Shown one piece after another: positions 1-13,557 of a DNA stretch of 64,000 bases (positions are counted from its first letter, which is position 1; each line of letters begins with the position of its first letter). Where the stretch lies: NCBI RefSeq assembly GCF_006345805.1, contig NC_043011.1, positions 38,390,464 through 38,454,463 on the forward strand. Direction: 5' to 3'. The DNA comes from Octopus sinensis. Lineage: Eukaryota. The notes beneath the pieces are model-generated. The model was not told where the DNA came from. It worked only from the letters and a program-made list of their open reading frames with translations, and ran no database searches. A program made the translations under genes and the position numbers.

Positions 1-596
1 AATACGATAGAAATTTAGAAAGATTTTAATACCCGTGGCTAGCATGCGTAGTAAATCAATAGAGAACATATTTTCACATATATGTCTCCGAGAACTGTAT
101 TTGTGAATATTTACATATAAAGATAGGATGTTTTTAATCTGGAAAATAACTATTCTCATATACATTCATCTCGTAAACATATAAACCGTACCAAATAAGT
201 AAAAATATATGCAAGACACATTGACATCACGATCTGCCGCTTAGACGTTATAGGATTCATTACAATGCAAATTTGAACACAAATCAACACATTGATGGGG
301 AAAATATGTAATCCGGGAAAGGGGGACATCTAAATCCTTAAGAAAAATTATATTTTTTCACTGCGTTATAAAGTTATTTGTTATACAATGGAGGTATCTT
401 ATCGAAAAACACACGAGAAACGCAGTTTATTTTGCGAGTTTTTTCTCTAGTTTAGATAGTCATCGTTAAGACACAGTCCATTATAATTAGCTGCCCAAAT
501 TATGCTGCACTTGGAAAATTGGATGTAAATGAATATTGGTCACGTGTGTCGCTATGTACGTAAATGTAGCTATACATTTATATGTAAGCATATGTA

Positions 597-740
597 TAAC
601 AAGGATGTCAAGCCATTAGTGCATTACGACCGTTTCAGGCGGCTCCATTTATTTAATTGATCAATGCAAGTATCAATTTAAAATACACCACCTTCCACGG
701 AAGCATCAGACGTCTGTAATGCACCTTGACATCCTTGTTA
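597..740. mobile_element. Small MITE-like fold-back element
   Basis: Left taacaaggatgtcaag..gtgcattac is the reverse complement of right gtaatgcaccttgacatccttgtta, with one indel; no coding capacity. Confidence 0.55.
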
Positions 741-828
741 CATATTTACTTTTTATTCATGTGACTTAGAGCTCTACGGATAATACCAGACTGACTTGTT
801 ACCTCAACTTAAGTACCAAATTCAACTC

Positions 829-868
<40 letters not shown>

Positions 869-871
<3 letters not shown>

Positions 872-2418
872 CATGGCAAAGTGCGTGTGAAAGAGAAATA
901 ATATTCTTAAGACTATAAGATTATAAACTTGGAAACGTACAATTATTACACTTGGAGAAGTTGAGGAGAACTTATTACATCTGGTAAAGTACAGAACAAA
1001 ATGTTTTTAAAATATTGCAGCTAAGGATAAACTTTCAAACAGAATATTTAGATTTAGAAAATGTTAGCTTATATTAAAGCTAAAAATGTTATTACAAGTT
1101 ATTTCCTCTATTTGTTCTTACTTGTTACTTCTATTGAAAATAAAAGAGAACTCAATTAAAATATTTTTTCACTTTAGAAAATTCTTTTTTTAATTATTAA
1201 TTAATAATTAGAAATTTGAAAATGGATTGTAAAAATAATAGTAATACATATTTAGTACAATAAATAGAATGATACAAAAATTAGTTGAATATTACAGCAA
1301 AATCTACCTATATCACCAAATTCACATTAGAATTTACTTGAGTTATTACCAAGTCTTCAGATTTTTAGTCTTAAGGCAATGCCTATTTTCTACATAATGA
1401 ATTTGCCTACTGTTTATATATACAGCTCTACTTTGCATATAACGTTAGCTATATTTGTACTTCTGGCTCTAACTTTTTAAGTATTCTAGTGCGTAAATAT
1501 TTTAACAAAATGATGGTGCCTTTTTTAACTATTATGTTACTTTGTAAATTAAAATCAAATAATTTTTAATATTCAAATTTTTATCCTTAGCTGCAAACTT
1601 CTAAGTAATAAGGTTCTAGCTCTGTACTTTACCAGACGTAAAGTGTAATAACTTGTCCTCTACATTTCCAAGTTTACAATGTCAAGAATATTATATCTCT
1701 TGCTCGCATTTTCCCGTGTAATCCATGTTTTTTCCAGGCTCTGCTATCATATTAATTAATAATATGTCAAATATGTCAATTAGCGATTTCGATGATAATT
1801 TTTCCTTACCCCAATGATGCCGGTGACATATATTAAAGGTCCCCTTATAGACCATTATCCATAAAAGACTATATAACTATATTATCACCCTCGAATTTGA
1901 GAAACATTTTTTTTTTCTTTTAAAACTTCATTACATGAGATTCATACCACGAAATTCCTCGGATTGAGCTCTATCATTTAAGCTTAATTAAAATGTAGTT
2001 TGTTTTTAAAATAATATAGTCAATTATACTTAAATCCAATTTTTTGCCTTACTTAAAATTTTTTTCATATTTTACCTCTACATTTTTTATATAAATTTTT
2101 GTTGCATGGGACCAAAACTATGACATTCGTTATGCTGTCTGCTATCATTGAAGCTAAGATAAATATATTTTGCATTTAAAATGAAAAAAAAAATATTTAT
2201 ATCTCAACTTCATTGGTGGTTTTTACTTACTCACTTATAAAGTTGCTACAAATTTTGATGTAAACGTTTTTCTACTAGATCAAATCTCAATTTTTCTAAC
2301 TCAACAATGTGGGAAGTTTTCGATTTGGTTAAGAACTGAATTAGTGACAAGCTCTGAAAGATCCTGCCTTTGAGTAAATTGTCGCCTTAAGTATATTATT
2401 CTAATACTACCGTAGTCG

Positions 2419-2420
<2 letters not shown>
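869..2420. repeat. ~1.5-kb dispersed repeat, copy 1, with long internal inverted repeats (869-~1075 vs ~1555-1722)
   Basis: Collinear diverged match to 61412-62905; arms begin ttacatgg..aagagaaataatattctt and end aagaatattatatctcttgctcgcattttcccgtgtaa; flanked by (TA)n on both sides. Confidence 0.8.
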
Positions 2421-2491
<71 letters not shown>

Positions 2492-3344
2492 AAATAAATT
2501 AATCGAAATGGCTTTTCTAATAAATTTCTCCTCTTTGATAATTAGATGTTTACAAGTTTGCAAGATATTAGAGTTTATTACTCAATGTTTTAATTATGTA
2601 AACTCCTAGTCACGAGGAGCACTTAAGTAGTTATCGACAGGTCATCGCCAGAATTGCTACAAATATTTCTACCAATACTGGTGCTGACTAGTACGTTTAG
2701 TCACTTTACTGATGTCTATACTTTTGCCTTTCGGTTGTAAATTGCGAAAAAGTTACTTTAATAAAATATGTGTGTGTGTGTTTCAGAACGAAGCTCTCAT
2801 TCCTTCACTAGACTAAAAGTCTCAACAATAGTTGAAATGTTCTTTTGACATAGAGGTGATGCCTATGTTGTTGGAATGGAGTGGTCATTTAGATCGATCT
2901 TAATACTTATAGGTTATATTTCTATCTAGTCTTGTAAAGATAAATGACAAAGCCGGCCCACGTAAGATTTGAATTTCTGCCACCTTGCTCACTTATTTCC
3001 ATCATTTTGCGTCTCATTATATGAACAAGAATGTGTGTAGAGACAAGATAGGAATGATACATAAATGTATAAAGCAAATGATATCGATATGATAATATTT
3101 CTATTGCTAAATAGATTTTAATATATAAGCATTTGTTAACGCTTCTTCTCCCTTTGGGGTTGCAACAACTTGATTTTTCTTTATAAACGCAAATACATCA
3201 ATACGCATCTTCTCCAATGGTAAATGCTCTTGCTTATTGAGCTTATGTGCCTTCATTATCTCCGGTGTTAATCTGTATCTTCAATACTTGGGCCCTGAAA
3301 ATATTTCCTTGAAATCATACTATTTAGTTTACTAATCATCATTA

Positions 3345-3765
3345 CTCTTTTACTCTTTTACTCTTTTACTCGTTTCAGTCATTTGACTGCGGCCATGCTG
3401 GAGCACCGCCTTTAGTCGAGCAAATCGACCCCGGGACTTATTCTTTGTAAGCCCAGTACTTATTCTATCGGTCTCCTTTTGCCGAACCGCTAAGTGACGG
3501 GGACGTAAACACGCCAGCATCGGTTGTCAAGCAATGCTAGGGGGACAAACACAGACACACAAACATATACACACACACTTATATATATATACATATATAC
3601 GACAGGCTTCTTTCAGTTTCCGTCTACCAAATCCACTCATAAGGCATTGGTCAGCCCGGGGCTATAGCAGAAGACACTTGCCCAAGATGCCACACAGTGG
3701 GACTGAACCCGGAACCATGTGGTTGGTTAGCAAGCTACTTACCACACAGCCACTCCTGCGCCTAT
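3345..3765 (-). mobile_element. Full-length tRNA-derived SINE (family A)
   Basis: Minus strand head ataggcgcaggagtggctgtgtggtaag (A box) and ggttcagtccca (B box); tail (gagtaaaa)n; pieces of the same family at 48105-48145, 49050-49100 and 52630-52790. Confidence 0.85.
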
Positions 3766-4399
3766 TTGCGAACTACATCTACAGAATGTATCAAAATTGC
3801 TAAAACAAAAAAACCATATTCACAAGCGTGGACACGGTTTATCAAGAAAAGAAATTGAATCCCTCCACAGTTTATTGTGAAACACAGACAGTTGTGCTGT
3901 ACATTTTGTCCATATTAAAGCACTATCAAAATATTAGCCTTCTCACACAGCTCAGACACGTAAAATTACATTCACAGAAAAATAGTCCCAATATCAAATG
4001 CCACACTAAATTCAAATGCTATGCTGGGATTCACGCACTAAAGGTAACTCTAAATAAACATCATGTTTCTTGTACAAGTCTGCCCCATTCTACTGGGGCA
4101 AACAGCGGCAGTGGGGATATAGATAAAAGACTAGGTAGTAGAGTGTAAGAAACTCCGATTAGTAGTTTAAGAAAGCAAGTGTAAAACAATGAAGGTAATG
4201 ATTATGACAATGCTCATAAACACAAGAAATATAAATCAAACGCTGAACACATCTAATTTTTTGTGAAAAGCTTCAGGCTAGAAATTTATTTGGAGAAGTG
4301 GTCTTGACCACCTGCGTTAGCTGGTACAAGATATTTGCAAACTTAGTTGTACCAAACACTGGCAGTGCCATGATAACATATACACATAGCTGTGTGTGT

Positions 4400-4735
<336 letters not shown>

Positions 4736-5050
4736 ATATGTTTCTTTATTAGCCACACAGGGCTGCACACAGATAGAACAAATTACAAGTTAGAGCTTTT
4801 CTTTTGAAGATTTAAAAAAAAAAAAAAAAGGAAAGGGGGGAGTTTCGATCAAAAGGGATCGTAAAAGGAGAGAAAGAGGACAAAAAGGGGGGGTTAAAAA
4901 AAGGGGGGAGAGGAAAAAAAAATTGATCAATAGGGATCGTTATCACAGAAATGTCAATATGAAGTGTAAAGGGGAGGACAGGTGGGGTTTACCCGTGGAA
5001 AGAAAAGCCTACGGAAAAGACCACGGTAACCTCGGTCAATGAAGTCACAT
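4736..5050 (-). mobile_element. Probable 3' end of a non-LTR element abutting a (TATC)n tract
   Basis: Minus strand ends ..gtggctaataaagaaacatat and runs into (ctat)n; no ORF, so the family is not established. Confidence 0.35.
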
Positions 5051-5089
5051 ATAGATAGATAGATAGATAGATACAGCAGACGAGGAGCC

Positions 5090-5138
5090 TAGTACTGATG
5101 ATTGGCAGAAATAAGCCGAAACCAGGACTGGTCTGCTG
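5090..5138 (+). ncRNA. Type I hammerhead ribozyme-like motif
   Basis: tagta-CTGATGA-tt-ggc(agaaataa)gcc-GAA-acca(ggac)tggt-C-tgctg; stem I 5 bp with two G-U pairs; GUC site after 5133; two unpaired U before stem II are atypical. Confidence 0.55.
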
Positions 5139-5419
5139 ATCCCGTCGGTAGGAGTTGGTAAGAGTTCGCTCCCTTGCTCCGTTAACCAGATAGAGTAAAT
5201 GTCCTCTTGATGTTAAAAAATCGTATTAGAGTTTGTTCGACTGGACAGCCCTATAGAAGTGGCTACGAATATTACTTGTCAGTACAACTACTGCGTTGAT
5301 CTCTTAGAGAGACTTTAGAACTAGCATTTTTCGTTATAGATAGATACAGAGACAGACAGGCAGACAGAGAAACAGACAGACAGACAGACAGGCAGACAGA
5401 CAGACAGACAGACAGACAT

Positions 5420-5501
<82 letters not shown>

Positions 5502-5659
5502 CAACTTAGTGTTGCTTATCGGGAAAAAGTACTCAATACCATGGTAGAGATTAATAATATATTCTATTTTGTTCGAGACAGTCCCTTGCTACTTTGAGAT
5601 TCATGTGTGCACAGGATTTTCAGGCAATTTATGCCCAGTCATAATCTTCAGAACATATC

Positions 5660-5697
<38 letters not shown>

Positions 5698-6194
5698 TCG
5701 TTTGTCGAAAACATAAATCTGAAGAAGCACACTCTAAGATGTAGAGCAGTGTATGTATATTTCAAAGGAGAAGGCCGTCTTATGGGATTACCCTGGGTTT
5801 CCCGTCCATAAAGTGTTTAACTTTATGGCGCATCGTCAGACACTAATATATATTGTGAAATAGCAATGAACTTGGTCTCCCAGTGTATTTGTATAGACTC
5901 GCACCCATAGCAATTGAGTAGTTGTTTTCCTAAAACTGTCATAATATTAAAACATTTTAACACATGCATAAACACACGCACACATACACATTTATTGTAC
6001 ATACCAAGGGCTTGTATTAATGTGATGGTTCATCCCTGTATTAGGGATATTCATAGACGGAAAACAAGGCCTGGCTGATCAGAATTCAATACGGAAATTT
6101 GAAAATTTCGAGGTGAAAACATCCGCGGTGAAAACAATTTACTGCATTTGTAGGGTTAACTTCGCAAATCCTGATTGCTTCGTGGGGAAATATA

Positions 6195-6430
6195 TGGGCC
6201 CAGTGTGAAGGTTATCGCATCACAAATGAAAGGCCTGAGTTCGATTCTCTGCTGCGCGTTTTGTCTTTGAGCAAGATACTTTATTTTACGTGAATCCAGT
6301 CTACTCAGCTGGCAAAAATTAATTGTGTCTGTGTTTCAAGGGGCCAGCCTTCTCACATCATGTCTCACGCTGAACCTCCTTGAGAACTGCGTTAAAGGTA
6401 CATGTGTCTATGGAGACCTCAGCCTCTGGA
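6195..6430 (+). mobile_element. tRNA-derived SINE (family B), degraded partial copy
   Basis: gagttcgattc B box; ttgagcaagatactttatttt..cagtctactcagctggcaaaaa..agggccagcc core shared with copies at 34396, 40083, 53147, 56926 and 60732. Confidence 0.7.
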
Positions 6431-7254
6431 AAGTAAGGCTGTTGCGTTGATCGGATCAAGTGGAAAAACATGTCGTCGAAATTGGTGGAGTGCCAGGTTG
6501 TATATGGGCCCAGCAGCCCATGACTTCACATTGATTTACAAAACGCATACATGCTTTCAGGTACTAAAACAGAGAAATCTCAACTTCCCTGCAAGGAGTC
6601 TTTAGATATTTGGGGCCTAAATGAACGACTTTAATAGTACATAGAGCTCCTTCCGTATGGTACCCTTCGTAATCATCCGAAGCTCGTAGATGCAAGACAT
6701 GCTCCCCTAAGACTCTACATATATTTCAAGAGACCGATCTGATCTATCAACTGCAAAAACCAATTTATCAGATCGCTACTATCAAGAACCGCGCACACAT
6801 ACAGTTGTGCGTGCGTGTGTGTGTGTGTGTGTGTGTGTATACGTCAATTATCACACAAATATAATATAAATATGTATGCATATTCATAAATGCGTGATGT
6901 TATAATGCCACACCTGCTTTGAAATGACCACATCTAGTAGTACAATCCTTCTTCAGGAAGGATAGATGCGAAATTTAACGCTCAGGGCAGTTTTTCCGTT
7001 TTCGCTGGTTTCCTTTTGCGCTTATCTGATAAAGAACCTAAGTACAGCATCTAGTAAATTCATGGGCTTCGGCTATTGCTCTGTTCTTTATAGAATTTAG
7101 TGAAGAAGGAAACTGCGGCAATAATGCGTAATATTCTTTAGGTTGTTCAAGACCGATGTAGTGAAGAAATTAACAATTGCAAGACCTGCTCTAATTGGCG
7201 ACACCACATCGACTCTCGGTAAAGTTTTTTTGTTTTTGTTTTTCTATTCTAGGT

Positions 7255-7586
7255 ACAAGGCCCGAAATGTTGGGGGAGGAAACCAGTCGATTATATCGAC
7301 ACTAGTACGTAACTGGTACTTAATTCATCAATCCCGAAAAGATGAAAGGTAAAGTTAACCTCGGCGGAATTTGAACTCAGAACATAAAGACAGGCGAAAT
7401 ACCTATTTCTTTACTACCCACAAGGGGCTAAACACAGAGAGAACAAACAAGGACAGACAAACGGATTAAGTCGATTATATCGACCCCAGTGTGTGACTGG
7501 TACTTAATTTATCGACCCCGAAAGGGTGAAAGGCAAAGTCGAACCCGGCGGAATTTGAACTCAGAACGCAGCGGCAGACGAAATAC
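7255..7586 (-). mobile_element. Two tandem/nested SINE fragments (family C)
   Basis: The ggcggaatttgaactcagaac..gaaatac block occurs twice; same family at 17545, 23640, 26935 and 31283. Confidence 0.8.
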
Positions 7587-8738
7587 ATTCTGAATATAAA
7601 GAACTGGAAAAAAAACTTTGCAAGAATCGTCACCTGGCTTTCTTCCAATTACTCCAATCTACTGTCTTGGAATAGGTTGTTATTCTATGACCAAGAATTG
7701 ATGAAAAATAAGATTGTTTCGGCTACATTTGAAGACAGAACAGAGGTAGCTGAAACTTAAAGCGAAAGATGCCCTATACTACGATCTGATGGTTCTTCCA
7801 AATTGATAGGTACGCACTATTCGAGAGAAGACCTCGACGATTATGGTTTGAATACATCCGATCATTGTTATGTTCAGTCTGGACTGACAGTTATATTAAA
7901 TCGGCTAAATTAGCATCAACATTAGGCCTTGTTTTTTTTTATTTAGAGAGAACATTTTGTTCTTAACACTATAGATTATAAAGCGAAAATGTTATTCATT
8001 CCGTACGCACGGCCAAAAAATCCTTTGCTTTGTTGTCGTCTGTCTGTTCATGCAATACCTACGTGTATCAGTTAAACAGACGCTCTGAAATGTCGTGACT
8101 TATTACTCAAAGACCTATAACAAGAAGTGTAACTAAACTTCTGTTAATCAGTTGATGCTATAATACTTTACTGTTTTGAATTCTGACGCCATGGTGAAGC
8201 ATGTCTACGTTTTCAACAGACCTACTTCACTAAATTAGCAGGATCTCCCCAATGCAAATCATAGAAGATATACCATTTGGTACTCTAGTAATAGATAAAA
8301 TGAAAATGTAATGGAATGATCACGGTAGGAAGGCCTTTGATCATACACTGGTTCTGAGTAATAGTATGATTGTAAAATATACTCCCATACATTAATTAAT
8401 GCATAATAATTTTACAAATGTATAATTTTTATATGAATATCGTTTTCCCAATGTTTTAATTATTACAATATATCCTTCTGCTGAGCGCCTGTTTTTTTTT
8501 TTAGAACTATATTTAGCAGACAAACATATAAAGAATGATATTCTTAAGATAACGAAACGAATAATACGTTTCCTTTCCTTTCTTATTGTAAAAATGTTAT
8601 ATTTAAGATCAAAATACAGCGATAGGAAAATGTTCTCCTCCAATATTTACCCAAAAATATATATCGATATCAGAACTTCTATCAAAGTAAAAGAATGACA
8701 CTAAATACTTTTTCCTACGTTTTCCTTTTTTATGAAGG

Positions 8739-8806
<68 letters not shown>

Positions 8807-9149
8807 CATGTATATATATATATGTATATATATATACATATATAGATATATACATATGTATATATGTGTGTGTGTGTGTACATACATGCATGTGTGTGTG
8901 TGTATGTGTGCAAAGAAAATCTTTTGACCACATTTATCGACATAAAAAAAAACTATTTACAAACTATATTATTGCAAATTACTATAAGTTTACAACAGTA
9001 GAATAAACCATCAAACAAACAAACAAACAAACAAAATATTGTTATATTGTTAATATTTAAGTTTACTTTCACAGTAAAAGTGGTTATACAAAAAAGTCGA
9101 CTTTTGAATAGTTTTGTTTGTGAAACCCTAGCTTCAATTCCCTTTGGAA

Positions 9150-9480
9150 GATTCTTTTTCTGTTAATCACTGCTGTACAAGCTGGCTGGCATGTGATATG
9201 TTTATTCAGATGTGAAAAAAATGCTTTTGCATGAGTTTGTTCAGCGATGGAGAAAATTTATATCTAGGCAGCTACTCTGCAACATTTTGACAGATTGAGA
9301 TCAGGGCCCAATGGCATGAAATCAAAGACTAGTACAGGCTCTTCTCGGCAGTATAGAGACATCACCTCCTGCTTTCATTCACTACCAACCCGCCTTCTTC
9401 TTCGTGTGATAACTGCATCATCTTCCAACTGTCTGTTCATCCATTGAGAACCACTTTTCATATATAAACATGAACTGTGA
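9150..9480 (-). pseudogene. Highly decayed mariner-like transposase fragment
   Basis: Mixed-frame translation gives KKKA..KAG..VM and EPVLVFDFMPLG, resembling mariner KKAK..SAGKVM..EGVLLVDFLP.G; many stops. Confidence 0.4.
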
Positions 9481-9557
9481 GCAGGAAATAATAGATATAT
9501 GCATATATGATATGCACACATACACACGCGCACAGGCACACACACACACACACACAC

Positions 9558-9594
<37 letters not shown>

Positions 9595-9817
9595 ATAAAT
9601 ATCTATCATTTATATCATATATGCATATATATATAAGCATGTTATGTACATAGATATAGATAGATAGATATATAGATAGATAGATAGGGACGTAGATAGA
9701 CAGACAGATAGACAGATAAATATATAGATAGACAGATTGATTGATAAATAGATACATAGACAGACAGATAGACAGATAGACAGATATATAGATAGATAGA
9801 CAAATAGATAGATAGAC

Positions 9818-9866
<49 letters not shown>

Positions 9867-9867
9867 T

Positions 9868-10237
9868 ACAGATAGATAAATGAGAGGTATATATACATAT
9901 ACACAATTCAACACACAGATATCCTCGTATATATACGCACCTCGTCATGTATGTCTGAGTACAAATATGTTTATGTGAAATTAATTTTATACACTAACTC
10001 ATGCACATTTACCAATACACCCATATGTATACACACACGCTTGTAAGATACACTTATATATGTGTGTGTGTGTCTATATATATACATATATAATTGCACA
10101 TATATCTATGTGTGCATGTATCTATTTATCATCTATATGTGCGTATATATATACATGCATACACACACACACATATATATATATGGATAGATAGATAGAT
10201 AGATAGATAATTAGATAGATAGATATGTAGATAGATC

Positions 10238-10279
<42 letters not shown>

Positions 10280-10658
10280 GATAGATATATACAGATAGAT
10301 AAATGAGAGGTATATATACATATACACAATTCAACACACAGATATCCTCGTATATATACGCACCTCGTCATGTATGTCTGAGTACAAATATGTTTATGTG
10401 AAATTAATTTTATACACTAACTCATGCACATTTACCAATACACCCATATGTATACACACACGCTTGTAAGATACACTTATATATGTGTGTGTGTCTATAT
10501 ATATACATATATAATTGCACATATATCTATGTGTGCATGTATCTATTTATCATCTATATGTGCGTATATATATACATGCATACACACACACACATATATA
10601 TATATGGATAGATAGATAGATAGATAGATAATTAGATAGATAGATATGTAGATAGATC

Positions 10659-10713
<55 letters not shown>
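9868..10713. repeat. Near-perfect 423-bp tandem duplication bounded by (GATA)n
   Basis: tgagaggtatatatacatatacacaattc starts at 9881 and again at 10304; the non-microsatellite parts look identical. Confidence 0.9.
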
Positions 10714-10756
<43 letters not shown>

Positions 10757-10814
10757 CAGACTTACGGACTGTTTTAGCGAATGAGTGAGTAATTGAGAGA
10801 TGGAGAAACGGACT

Positions 10815-10894
<80 letters not shown>

Positions 10895-11748
10895 TATTGA
10901 TAGACAGATAGAAGAGAGAGAGAGATCAATATAGATAGATGGAACGCCTATTGTACTTGCATATTTCATTTATACGCATACAAGAGCATATATATATATC
11001 AAACATATCTGATACATCCATCCATCTACGATAACGCTAGCAGTTGAATTTAAATTTTGCTGATATATTTCATAGTGGCAGCTTGAGTATTCACATTGCT
11101 GTTAAAATATTAGTTTTTCGAATGATATTTTTGATTCATCGTGGGGATTATGAAGCGCAAGATATAACAATCACGTCACTTCACGGAGACGTCACTCTAT
11201 CAAAACTTTGAACTCTGATGTGTGTGTATGTATGTATGTGTGTGTGTGTGTGTGTTTGTTAGAAAAATATCTGAAACATATGAATGAGTCTGTTGGGGCT
11301 TTGCTTAGACATTTGAAACAAATTTAGAGGAAAGAATTTCCAAAACTAAACAACATTGCAAACAAAACTAAGATACGCCAAATAAAGATACAAGAAGCAT
11401 CAACGAAATCAATATAATGATAACATTATCGTCGGCAATATGGTACAGGCGCGTAAATATATATATAACGGGAAATAACTTAGAAATTCAGTCAATAAAA
11501 TATAGTCATAATCATCATCAGCAGCATCATAATGTGTTTTCTTTCAATTTTGTTTTTATTTCTTGCTGAGTGACTTCTCGGCACCTAGGGCAAAGAAACA
11601 CACTGTATACACTGATAAGCGATTAAAATAAACACACTAGATTATTCATGAAAAGAATAGTGATTCTTTACAAATCGTGTATGTATCAGTCAAAACAATC
11701 TTTTACGCATCTTGCTGGGACGATAAGCCAGGGATCATTCTCAAAGTA

Positions 11749-12273
11749 TTGGGTTGTCCGGAAAGTTCGTGCCGATTTTTAAAGGAAAGAAAAAGGTCAA
11801 TTAATACTTGCCATTACATTTTTAATCAACCAAATAGGAACCATTTTGTTGCACAATACGTCTCCATCTTTCCTTCAACTTGAAAATACCCTCTTCCCAG
11901 AATTGAGGTGGTTTCAATGGCAACGAATTCATCAAGGTATCTTTTTACGTCATCCAAGGAATTGAAATTTTTACCATTAAGACTATTCTGCAGAGACCTG
12001 AATATGTGGAGATCCGAAGGAGCAATATCTGGTGAATATGGAGGGTGGGGTCATACATTTCAGCCGAGCTGCAGCAATTTTTGTCTGGTTACCAAAGCAT
12101 CAAGTGCCGAAAATGAACTTTATTATATTCCAACCTTCTTCCACGAAAAAATAGCTTAAACTGTGTTCTAAATGCAGGTGTAGTCAAATCCTATTTTATG
12201 GACTCAACCATGTTCTAAAATAAGTCGAAAGGTAAGCTACTATAAATCGGCACGAAGTTTCAGGACAACCCAA
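11749..12273 (-). mobile_element. Internally deleted Tc1/mariner element
   Basis: TIRs ttgggttgtccggaaagttcgtgccgattt / aaatcggcacgaagtttcaggacaacccaa; TA on both sides; minus strand encodes PHPPYSPDIAPSDLHIFRSLQNSLNGKNF, the mariner C-terminal catalytic region. Confidence 0.92.
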
Positions 12274-12449
12274 TATTTCAGTTCCTTTTTTTTTTATCAT
12301 ACCAAATGTTGCTGCAGTCAGTGGGGTTGTAAATGCCTTGGGATGTTACATTCCCCCAACAGTAGAAACTTTATTAGATTTTCCGCTTTTAATTTGGTTT
12401 TCGTTTCTTGTTGGGTGTCTTCACAACCACGACAATATTATTATGGTTG

Positions 12450-12815
12450 TCATTATTATTGAGTGAGAGAGACGTGCATGCAAAATGTCCATGAATAAGG
12501 GTTGTTTAAGGATGTTGAACGGAACACCCATGTTTTCAGAGGTGAACTATTCTAAGCCCAAAGACTTCCTCACAACACATAGCTATGATGCTCCCCCACT
12601 ACTTCTGCTCGTGATCAGAGATGCACATATCGTCAGCCACTAAGGGACATGGCCAACTGGCTGAGGTCAAACAACTGACGAGCAAATCTGTGGTATTCAG
12701 CAGAATATTTGCTGTAGCTCATATTTTATACCAAGACAAATGAATGTACATGATAACGCTTCCAATTAGTGAAGATCAGAAGCCATGAGAACCACTGTAT
12801 AGTATTATGCCAGGG
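12450..12815 (-). mobile_element. Non-coding repeat with TAA ends, possibly R4/Dong-dependent
   Basis: Minus strand begins directly after (TAA)n and ends ctctctcactcaataataa; no ORF; family assignment is inference. Confidence 0.45.
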
Positions 12816-12816
12816 C

Positions 12817-12888
<72 letters not shown>

Positions 12889-12907
12889 CATTATTATTAT
12901 TATTATT

Positions 12908-13405
12908 GCTTTTGCAAAGCTTCTAACACTGGAGATGTACTACGGTGTCAGATGTTCATTAGTAGTGAACTAAGGTAACACCTCTTATTTTACGAGCACC
13001 TTTCGAGCCGTTCCAAGCAGTGCTATTTTAAGCAAGTGCTCCACCCTTATTGCAGTCCCTATTCGTTCCACGTACTTCTCAAGATTTTTACACACTGTTC
13101 CCATGGCCCGCCAATTATTGGTACTACTACCACCTTTCATCGAGCACAACTGCTTAAACTTCCAAGATAACCTGTCATATCTGTACTTTTCTTTCTTCCT
13201 TATCGCATGCCTTATTGTCAGCTGAGCATGCTATATATATGATCAGCATCATTTGCTTTCTTTCTCAATCAACACTATACCTGACTTCCTATTCTCTAGC
13301 CCATGGTCGCACTAAATCATAAAATCCCATAGGATATTTGCATTATCATTTGCGATGATGCCTTCGGGTTTAAGTTCGTACCAATTTTTTGCTCTGTCAA
13401 GTACA
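12908..13405 (-). mobile_element. R4/Dong non-LTR retrotransposon 3' end with restriction-like endonuclease remnant
   Basis: Frameshifted translation WYELKPEGIIANDNANILWDF..IACSADNK..VVVPII..NLEKYVERIG..KIALLGTARKVL, followed by (TAA)n. Confidence 0.85.
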
Positions 13406-13410
13406 TATTA

Positions 13411-13481
13411 GTTGCAAAGGGTTAAGAGAGCGGGCTGCTAGCACCAATATTCCGAATTCGATTCCAAGCAGTGTCTGGAAC

Positions 13482-13557
<76 letters not shown>

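Noticed and set aside
869-2420. Mitochondrial insertion (NUMT) as the source of the AT-rich duplicated block
   Set aside because: No recognisable mitochondrial gene, tRNA or rRNA, and the long inverted arms favour a transposon-like origin.
7142-7218. Possible 77-bp exon (ag|..|gtaaag) reading VVQDRCSEEINNCKTC
   Set aside because: Too short, no partner exons, and the similarity to EGF-like motifs is not convincing.
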